The notes under the pieces were generated by a model. The model was not told where the DNA came from. It worked only from the letters and a program-made list of their open reading frames with translations, and ran no database searches. A stretch of DNA of 55,802 bases from Candidatus Moranbacteria bacterium GW2011_GWE2_36_40 (lineage in GTDB: Bacteria > Patescibacteriota > Minisyncoccia > Moranbacterales > GWC2-37-73): positions 1 to 55,802 of the forward strand of contig LBRX01000005.1 of the NCBI GenBank assembly GCA_000991645.1, written 5' to 3'. Shown in pieces: positions 18,519 to 27,800 of this stretch (position 1 is the stretch's first letter; each line of letters starts with the position of its first letter). A program made the position numbers and the translations under genes.

Positions 18519-18525
18519 CTTTTTT

Positions 18526-18553
18526 TCACATCACGACGAGATTAGTTAGTGCA
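18526..18553 (-). repeat. L-box variant
   Basis: The minus strand reads gcactaactaatctcgtcgtgatgtga, closest to the 13955 variant. Confidence 0.6.
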
Positions 18554-18597
18554 GGCATTGCAGAGACGCAAAAATTTGAATGTTTTGTCAGGCACAG

Positions 18598-18625
18598 GTA
18601 GAGACGCATTGCAATGCGTCTCTAC
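18598..18625. repeat. REP palindrome (GTAG type)
   Basis: GTAGAGACGCATTGCAATGCGTCTCTAC, a perfect 28-nt palindrome. A half-copy cagagacgca lies at 18561-18570. Confidence 0.9.
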
Positions 18626-18637
18626 AGCGGGTTTGGT

Positions 18638-18727
18638 TTATTTCCGAATCTGTGCTGTCCCTGTTTTGTACAACGACCCGATTTCTTGGGCGGAAAGGGC
18701 GCGGTTGTAGATGCGGACTTCGTCTAT
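18638..18727 (-). pseudogene. R-box: intact-looking LamG C-terminal fragment (no H1)
   Basis: IDEVRIYNRALSAQEIGSLYKTGTAQIRK-stop. It begins 18 nt after the RhuM-Fic stop. Confidence 0.8.
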
Positions 18728-18745
18728 TTTTACAACTATGCAGAT

Positions 18746-19744
18746 CTACTTCAACAATTGAGTTATAAGCGCAATCATTTGATCTTTCTCTTTTGGAGCA
18801 CTTTGTGCGATCAAAAGCGCCAAAGCTGCCAAGGCATTGTCATTGATTTTCCGCTCGCCATTTTTTCGAAAAAGATACTTATTTGCATCCAAAAAATATA
18901 CAAACAAAAATGCTGCGGCTCTTTTGTTGCCGTCAGAAAATGGATGATCCTTGATTATCAAATACAAAAGATGCGCCGCTTTTGATTCCAAATTTGCATA
19001 CAACTGCTTGCCGCCAAATGTTTGATACAAATTTTTTATAATACCCTCAAATGCTCCGCCTCGCTCATTGCCAAAAAAATCCCCCGCTTCATTTTTTGCC
19101 ATCAATTCCCTTCTAAGTTCGGAAACTATTTTTTGACATTTTTCATATGTCAAAACAAAAGTCGCCTTTCCATCTCTCAACTCTTTCAAGCTGCTTTTGT
19201 CATATTGCTCCAAAATCGTGAGCGTCTTAGCATAATCCGCCAACAGATCAATAATTTCTCTCTCTTGCCCTTTTAATAATTTTGTCCTGGATTTTTGCTG
19301 CAGAAAAACAATGGTCTCTTGAAGCTTATTAAGCTTTTCTTTTTCTTCGAAAAGCCGTTTTTCATTGATCGTGTAACCCTGAATCAAATGCTGCTTCAAT
19401 GTTTTTGTTGCCCAAATGCGGAATCCGACACCTTGTTGAGATTTCACTCGATAACCCACGGAGATTATGACATCCAAATTATAATACTCGACTTTATAAA
19501 TTTTTCCGTCAGCGGCAGTTGTTGCAAAATTTGCAACAACTGCTTTTTTGTCTAATTCTTTTTCGCCAAAGACATTTTTAATATGGCGAGAAATTACAGA
19601 TTTGTCTCTCCCAAAAAGATTCGCGATCTGATCAAGACTTAGCCAAACAGTCTCTTTTTTCAAATGCACTTCCAACTTCGGTCCGGAAGCAGATTTATAG
19701 ATGATGATTTCTCCGGTGCTTAAGTATTTTTTGTCTTGTTTCAT
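18746..19744 (-). CDS. RhuM-family N-terminal domain fused to Fic/DOC domain
   Basis: RhuM-like FATTAADGKIYKVEYYNLDVIISVGYRVKSQQGVGFRIWAT; Fic motif HPFSDGNKRAAAF. The ORF opens at 19783, but MKQDKKYL (19744) is the likelier start. Confidence 0.8.
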   Translation of the reverse strand: MKQDKKYLSTGEIIIYKSASGPKLEVHLKKETVWLSLDQIANLFGRDKSVISRHIKNVFGEKELDKKAVVANFATTAADGKIYKVEYYNLDVIISVGYRVKSQQGVGFRIWATKTLKQHLIQGYTINEKRLFEEKEKLNKLQETIVFLQQKSRTKLLKGQEREIIDLLADYAKTLTILEQYDKSSLKELRDGKATFVLTYEKCQKIVSELRRELMAKNEAGDFFGNERGGAFEGIIKNLYQTFGGKQLYANLESKAAHLLYLIIKDHPFSDGNKRAAAFLFVYFLDANKYLFRKNGERKINDNALAALALLIAQSAPKEKDQMIALITQLLK

Positions 19745-19809
19745 TTTATTCTTGCCCCGTGAAATTGCATAGCAACATTTCACTGGGGTATTTTATTAAT
19801 TACAGTGAT

Positions 19810-19838
19810 ATAATATCATTGTAATGAAAAGTTGTCCA
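19810..19838 (-). promoter_or_regulatory. Possible promoter of the RhuM-Fic gene
   Basis: Minus strand TGGACA-N17-TATTAT. Confidence 0.35.
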
Positions 19839-19878
19839 ATTCTTCGGAGTTCTTCTCCGATTTCCTGCCTCTTTTTGC

Positions 19879-21750
19879 TCACATCACGCTCAACCCGCTT
19901 GGTGCAGCGGGAGGGGTAGAATCTGAAGTGCTGGGCAGATTAACATGAAAGACATGAATCAATGGCAAACCATAACTAGCATTGGCTTGTGATATAAATA
20001 TCCTTTGCGTGGCAGAATCATAGGCAGCGCCATTTATTTTATTATCACCATGACCAGCAATTCCATCATTGCCAGCAGCTGCGTAAGGAGCCAGCAAAGT
20101 AGTCAAATCCCACTGTGCATAAGGTTTTATGCACCATGGATAATACACTGCGCCGGTTGCGCAAGAAGTATCAATATTTGAAGATCTGTCAGTGCCAATA
20201 ATGTCAGCATTTTTTACATGCAATAAGTCATTGGCATCATATGCCCAAACATAATATGCATACGGATAAGTATGTGTTCCCTTATCACTTATGGCAGGAT
20301 CATAGCAACACGAATCATTCCCAGCAGCGTCCATGATTGCAGATCCGCAAGTATAGGGAATGCCACCACCAGCCACAATACAAGAGGCTATTTTCCAAGT
20401 TGCATCATTGACTGGAATATTACAGTTATCATAAGCCAACTGAGAATTATGGGCAATTATCCAATCAGCTATACCTGAATTGCCTATGGCTTCAGCTTGA
20501 TTAATGGTTCCGCTGCCATAGCAAGATTCGCCCAATCCTGTTCTGCCAAAAAAAAGTACACCTCGACTGCCTTGAGGAAAAACAATACCCTTAATTTCTG
20601 TGCTCATATTATAAGCAGGATTAGTCCCAGGAGCACCATAGACACCCAGTGTTTGGTGCGATCCTGGATAATATACGAGTGGACTGATTGACACCGGATT
20701 ATCAAAACTTCCCAATGTTCCATTACCCAAATCTGATGGATTAAACGCAAAAGCTGATGGACCATAAGATGTGCGCGTAATAATCGCCATCGCAGCATTT
20801 CCCGTCAAGGCGGTTTTTCCAAAACTACTTTGCCACTCAGTAGGAATCCATCCCATATATCCATCGACAAATCCAGCGCTTAATGCGCCATTGTCAATTA
20901 TGGTTGTGCCTAACCTATACATACCCTGAGTACCAACAGATGAATTCCAATTCAAATTAGCCGTAAAATGAGAATAAGTTGTGTCACTTTGCCCGTCATA
21001 TGCGGTGTAAGTTGTCCCAATCAATTTATTGTGCACGTTATCAACCAGAGTTCCTCCAATCAACACTCCACCATCACTCAAGTTTGTTCCACCATAATTA
21101 TAAATAACCCAGCCCGGATATTGAGCTATTGGCATATTGTTTACCAATATATCATTCACGAACGCATTTGTAATATTTATTGTTAATGTCGTGGAATTTA
21201 CAGCGACTATAGTAGCCTGTCCACCATTAGGCTCAATAAGCGTGTATCCAGGCAATACTAAACCAGTATCCCAAACTCCACTAGCCCTAGTGACTGAAAT
21301 GCTGTTTCCAGATTTGGCAGATAAATAAATTGTCATCTGTTGATCTTCAAGATGATTCGATGAGCATTTACTAACACTTGTTCCAAATAATGCATAGGCG
21401 GGATTATTTTGAAGTGGACCAATAAAGCATCCCAGTCCCCCTGTTACATCTAAGGGGTTCTGCAAGACAGACGCAGTATCAAGCGCGCTCATGTTTGTAC
21501 TATTAACAATATTTGTCGGTACACACAACTCGGCAAGCAATACTTCGAATTTATTCCCTTCCATGAAGAGAGAATTATTAATCGGATTATATGACATTGC
21601 TCTGCCAGCATCACTGCCAAATGACGGATTGATTTGTGAAACTGTTCCCAATTTTCCATCAGGCACCTTGAAAGCTCCAAGATATTGCAAATCTGATTGT
21701 TGCAAAAGAGGCTCAGTTGCTGGATCAGCAGCGATTACATTCTGCACCAA
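19879..21750 (-). CDS. Secreted hypothetical protein B ending in the L-box (…PPAAPSGLSVM-stop)
   Basis: 623-aa ORF from TTG at 21750. The frame stays open upstream and encodes IKKILIIINIIISCLFLVQNVIAADP, a signal peptide, so the real start may be ATT/ATA near 21798. Confidence 0.7.
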   Translation of the reverse strand: MVQNVIAADPATEPLLQQSDLQYLGAFKVPDGKLGTVSQINPSFGSDAGRAMSYNPINNSLFMEGNKFEVLLAELCVPTNIVNSTNMSALDTASVLQNPLDVTGGLGCFIGPLQNNPAYALFGTSVSKCSSNHLEDQQMTIYLSAKSGNSISVTRASGVWDTGLVLPGYTLIEPNGGQATIVAVNSTTLTINITNAFVNDILVNNMPIAQYPGWVIYNYGGTNLSDGGVLIGGTLVDNVHNKLIGTTYTAYDGQSDTTYSHFTANLNWNSSVGTQGMYRLGTTIIDNGALSAGFVDGYMGWIPTEWQSSFGKTALTGNAAMAIITRTSYGPSAFAFNPSDLGNGTLGSFDNPVSISPLVYYPGSHQTLGVYGAPGTNPAYNMSTEIKGIVFPQGSRGVLFFGRTGLGESCYGSGTINQAEAIGNSGIADWIIAHNSQLAYDNCNIPVNDATWKIASCIVAGGGIPYTCGSAIMDAAGNDSCCYDPAISDKGTHTYPYAYYVWAYDANDLLHVKNADIIGTDRSSNIDTSCATGAVYYPWCIKPYAQWDLTTLLAPYAAAGNDGIAGHGDNKINGAAYDSATQRIFISQANASYGLPLIHVFHVNLPSTSDSTPPAAPSGLSVM

Positions 21751-21802
21751 AAACAGGCAGGATATAATTATATTGATTATTATTAATATTTTTTTAATAC
21801 CT

Positions 21803-24800
21803 TTATTTCCTAATGTTTACTTGACCAAGCTTATAAAATTGCGTGATTTCTTGCGCATTCAAGGCTCTGTTGTAAATTCTGGTTTCATCAATAACACCAT
21901 TCATAAATTCTGATCCACCACCCCTTGAACCTATAATAAAAGGACTAGCTGAATCAGTATAGCTTCCAGTTGGTACTACGCTTTTTTTCTCAATAGCATC
22001 AACATAAATTTTAATTGCTCCGCCTGTAGAATATGTACCACAAAAATAATGCCAAGCATTGTCACTAATTCCTTGCCCTGGTCCAGGATCCACGGAGGCC
22101 CTATCATTGTTGGAAAAACCTAACATAATAAACTCCGCATAACTACCATTTACACGCAAGTAAACTGCTCCATCTTGAGTCACCAATGTATCAGTGGCTA
22201 AAATATCATTCAATTTACCCCAAGAGCATATGCTAAGTGGACTCGTGCCTCCAAATGGCATGTCGCCAATATTTATATAACTACTCGTCCCGTCAAACCC
22301 CATCCCCTGCCCAATCTTCCCGAGTGCAAGTGTTGCGCCGGAGATGGTGCCGTTGTTGCCGAGGCCGGAGAGGTCAGTGACAGTTGTGCCATTGATCGTT
22401 TTGCCGTCGAAGGACCAATATCCGACCAGGCCGTTTTCATTTCCGGCGGATGCTTCGGGTGCAGCGACAGTATCAATGCCTTGATGATAGAGTTGCTCGA
22501 TTTCATTGGCTGAAAGTGCGCGGTTGTAGACGCGGACATCGTCTATTTTTCCGTCAAAAGTTCTGTCTCCTGCAACATTATTTCCAATTGTCAACGCTGT
22601 AGCACCAGCTAATACTGATCCCGTTTTGGGCGTACTAGCAATAGAAACACCATCAAAATATATTGAAATATTTGCGCCATCATACACACAATCCACATGA
22701 TGCCAACTATTATATTTTCCAGCAAGTGGGCTAGTAGTAGTTGTTATTCCTTCTGCTCCAATGTTGCATGACAAATTATTACCTACAAAAAGAAAGATGT
22801 ATGGATAACCATTGCCCTTTTCAATTATCCTAGGATAACCACCGCCCTCGCTTTTTGGATTTATCCATGCGCTCAATGTTAACTGTGCCATACCATCCAG
22901 TGAGTCCTTGTCTGAAACTGTTACCACATTTGTCGCGGCAGAATAATTCACACCCTGTCCCAATTTCCCAATCGCCTTGGTTGCGCCAGAAATTGTGCCA
23001 TTGTTATTGTTTCCAGAAGTGTCTTTGGCAGTTGTGCCGGAAATATCTTGTCCGTCAAATGTCCAATGCCCGACCAAGCCAGCATCAAGATTTGGCGATG
23101 ATTGTTGGGTTTGCAGCACTGTGTCAGAAAATTGATCGGCGCCGATGTCCCACGGATTCACACGCACTTGTCCGTCAATATCAGTGTCGAATGCAAAATA
23201 TGAGTCATGTTGCAAATCCAAACCTGCACCTTTGGCGGAAGTGTCGGTTGAGGCGAGGTGGAAATTTTTATTAGTTGCATCAATGAAGGAAACTGTTGTT
23301 GAATTTTTTGAATTTGATCCAGGAGCGTCAGCAGCAAGATTTGAAATATTATAATCAGATGCAGCGTCAAATGTTCCATTAAATCCATCTGTGGAATTTT
23401 GAACAATATTGTTTTTTGCAACAGCCACCACACCCGAGCCTATATTTATAGCATAGTTAGAATTATAAATTGTATTATTATAGATGTGATATTTAAAACC
23501 AGTTGATAAGAGATAAAATACACTTGAACCAGTTCCTAGTTGGTCATACACAATATTATTAAGAATATATACATTTCCCTTTCCAGAGGCCGAAACATCA
23601 TGAATCAAATATGTCCAATCAGATGTACTTCCTTTGACAACGTTGTCAGAAAAATACATTCCTACTTCTTCTGACATATACAATCTAAAAGCTGAAGCCG
23701 CTGCTGTGTTATACACTTGTAGACCAACTATTTTGCTGTAATTAATACCATTAATAAATGTACTACTTGTTTGAAGGCTGTATTTCGTATCATTCCATTT
23801 TCCAGAATGTCTTTGAGAAAGATTTACTTCCCTATTTATATCAACAGGAGTATATATTTTTATATAGTTTGAAGCACTTGTTGAAATGCTTGGGGTGTTT
23901 ATAGAAACAGTATCTGGACCAGAATCATAGTAACAAGGAATATTGAGTTGATAATTTCCGGTGACCAAATTGGATGTATTCAAATGCAACACATCAGTTG
24001 AATCTGCAAGTGAATCCCTGAGTGATGCAAATTCGTGTGCAATTGAGTTAACTGTCGCTCCTGTCACATCAGCAGGTGTTGCGCCGAGATTGGTTGCCAG
24101 TTTCCATTGCGAAGTTGAAATTTTTTCTGAAATATATGCAACGGTCGCTCCGTTGTATGTAACTTTATCTCCAACACCCATGTTTGTTGCGGTTTGAGCC
24201 ACTGAAAAAGTTGCAATTCCAGATGAAATCGTCACTGTTGGTGTGCCGGTTTTATGATCGGTAGTATTTTGCCCGACGGAATAAAAAATTGCAGTAGCAG
24301 CTTCGTCGGCACCGATATCAACAACGCCCGCTCCAGTTGGTCGAGTTTGTCCGTCAATATCAGTTGTGATTGGCAGATTCACATCCGCACTCAAATCTGC
24401 TCCCGCATTTTTTGCAGCAGTGTCAGAGGGAGAAAGATGGAAGTCTTTATTAGCAGCGTCGGCAAACTGAACTGTTTGATTGCGACAAGAATGTCCACCA
24501 CAATCAGTCGCGCCAGCGTTTGGGGAGGTTGCGTCGGAGGAAATGTTATTCGCAGAAGAAGCATTCAAGATGCCTGAATAATCAGTCGTATTACCACTTG
24601 CGATATTATTCTTCACCAACTGCCCTAAACCACCAAAGCCATAGAAACCAACACGTGAATTAATGACAGTATTATTATATACTACAGAATTAGAGCCAGC
24701 AGAAATTGCTGCCATATTCAAACTTCCATTGTAAGAAAAATCATAGATAAGATTATTAAATATTTGTGTTGTTGGAGTATAATCAAGAGCTATCCCATAA

Positions 24801-27800
24801 CCACTTGAAGCTGTTCCGGAAAAAACACCCCTGATGATATTATTGGCAACCCTGTAACTCGTATTCAAATTTTGATTTATATGAATAACACCACCCCTAG
24901 TATTGCTGGAGTTGCTTATCATAGTCATCTGTAAACCATTAATTTCAACATTTTTAACTGCTATATATAATGGATAATTATAATTTGTTATTTCAAATCG
25001 ATATTTCCCATCATCCCATTTCCCCTGATGCCGTTGTGAGTTGTTCGCCTCGGCTGTCGTGCTAACTGGGGTATAAATTTTAATATAATTACTTGCGCCA
25101 GTTGTGTATCCATCAACAGTTACAGCAGTTGTGTCTGCACCGGAATCATAATAACAAGGAAAATTTAGCTGATAGTTTCCAGTGACCAAATCCGTGGTGT
25201 TCAAATGATTGGCATCAATTGCTCCAGTGACTGCAGCAGACAAACTAGTGTACTCATGTTTAATAGAAACAACTGCTGAAGTTGTAATGTCAGCAGGAAC
25301 TGCACCTGTTTTTGTAACAAGATTCCATACAGAAGTTGAAGTTTTTGATGCGATATATGCAATGTCAGTTGAATTGTATGTAACCCGATCCCCAACTCCA
25401 ATGTTCCCAGTCTGCGCAGCTGAAAAAGTTGCAACTCCACTTGCAATCGTCACAGTTGGAAGAGTTCCTGTTTTTAGGTCAGCGGTTGATTGTCCAACAG
25501 AATAATAGATTGCGGTTGCGGCTTCGTCGGCGCCGATATCCCAGATTGTGCTTGAAGAAGATGGGCGCGTTTGTCCGTCGATGTCAGTGTTGAAGGCCAG
25601 CACACTGTCACTCTCAAGCGATGTGCCCTGGTTTTTTGCAGCAGAAGTTGACTTGAGATGAAAATTTTCACTACCACTAACCACCGAAACAAAATTATTA
25701 GTATCAACTTGATTTATAATATCTCCACTTATATCACTTGATAAATTATTTGAAGAACCAGCAGCGAGATCCAAATAATTTCTATGTCCATCAACCCCAC
25801 CCCAATTCATCACTATATTATTTTTTGCCAAAACATATCGCATACCAGTTCGATTTATTGGCGTACTGCTATTTCTATGAACTGTATTATTATAGACAAC
25901 AAATTTGGAATTATTAGAACTATTTCCGGTAACTTGTCCGTCGCCATATAAAACATTATTCCAAATCAAAACATTTTCATTCCCACTCCAATATCCAATA
26001 CCGCCACTATTAAAAACAACGTTATTACTAATTCTAATATTTCCAGAACTTCCACTGGAATTAATAACTATTCCTCCACCAACATTTGCACTAACAGAAA
26101 GTCCATCAATCCAAACATATGAATTTTGCACATTTATCGCAGGCCAACTATTGTCAGGAAGAGTACGAGACATTCTAAACCCAGTATTGCTAGTTCCGCC
26201 ATGTCTCTGACTTTGATTTACCTCGCTTGAAATATTGGTAGGTGTATAAATCCGAATATAATTACTATCTGCTGTGATGTAACCAGTTATCATAAGAGCC
26301 CCACCAGTATCTGCACCCGTGTCATAATAACAAGGAAAATTTAACTGATAATTTCCTGTAACTAAATCAGTTGTATTCAAATATGATGCTCCAGATGCGC
26401 CAGTGACTGCAGCACTCAGAGATGAAAATGCGTGTGCGATTGAAGTCACATCGGCATTTGTTGCTGCGGTTGGAGCGGCGCCGGTTGCGGTTTGACAACC
26501 CCAGACTGAAGTTGAAGTTTTGTTTGTGATATAGCAAGCTCCGCCAGTATAAGTTACCAAATCTCCGACGCCCATATTGGTTGCGGTTTGAGCGACTGAA
26601 AAGGTTGCGGTGCTTGCAGTGGCATCCACTGTGACAGTGCCTGAACCTGTTTCATGAGAAGTGGTGTTTTGCCCGACAGAATAATAAACAGCAGTTGCGG
26701 CTTCGTCGGCGCCGATGTCCCATATTTCGGACCCTTGCGGACTAGACGCGGACGAACGCAGATGCCCATCAATGTCTGACGTGAAAGCAAAATTAGGATC
26801 AGCATAGAGAGATGCACCTGCGTTTTTAGCAGCAGTGTCGGTTGAGGTAAGGTGAAAATCTTTATTAGCAGAGTCAGCAAATTGAACTGTTTGATTTATT
26901 TTTGCATTTGTCCCTGTGGCAGTTGCATCCTTGGAAAGATTGTTGGTTGAACCAGCTTTTGAAGTACCAACATAATCAATTCCATTATTATACGAAAGAT
27001 TATTAGAAAAAAATGCGGCAGTTGTTTGGCGAATACCATTAGCATTTCCATAAACTGTATTATTGAAAACTGACGGTACGATATTACCAGTGCCTTGATC
27101 CAAATAAATTCCATACGAACCAGTATAGTCAAATCCATAAATTATATTATTTCTTAAAGAAACATCTGCGGCTGTACCAAGCCATCTAACTCCATATTTC
27201 GCTGAGGTTTGCCCAGAACCGCGAATGATATTATCAGAAATAATTTGACCTCTTCCACTGTATGGTCCATTTGAAGATATTCCATTACCATCAACCACAT
27301 TAATTTGCAAACCTTCCAAGCGTATATAATTATTTAAAATACCAATAGTACCAGTGCGCGCAAATTTTGCATCATCCCATTTGCCAGAGTGTCTTTGAGA
27401 AAGATTAACTTCTGATGTTGTGTTTGTCGGAGTATAAATTCGTATATAATTATTCATTCCTGTGGTAAAGCCACCTATTGCTGAAAGCACACTAACATCA
27501 GATCCAGAATCATAATAGCATGGAATATTTAATTGATAATTTCCCGTCACAAGGTCAGAAGTGTTTAGATGAGTTGCATTTTGCACACCATTGGCTGCAA
27601 AAGGAAAAGCAGCAGCAAGAGAACTGAATGCATGCGCAATTGAAGTTACATCTGCATCAGTGGCAGCAGTGGGAGCGGTACCGGTTGCAGACTGGCAACC
27701 CCAGACTGTGGTTGAAGTTTTTGATGAAATATAACAACTTCCTCCCGCATAAGTTATCAAATCTCCTACTCCCATATTTGTTGCAGTTTGTGCTACTGAA

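Noticed and set aside
18580-18768. Small ORFs containing VETHCNASL or RDALQCVST peptides (also 35108-35371, 37021-37266, 37230-37583, 38860-39106)
   Set aside because: These peptides are just the two open frames of the REP palindrome. The ORFs span intergenic repeats and gene ends.
9384-19905. Classical integron
   Set aside because: No IntI-type tyrosine recombinase or attI is present in the window. The cassettes carry their own promoters, and the inter-cassette junctions are gene fragments rather than attC sites. Only the analogy is retained.
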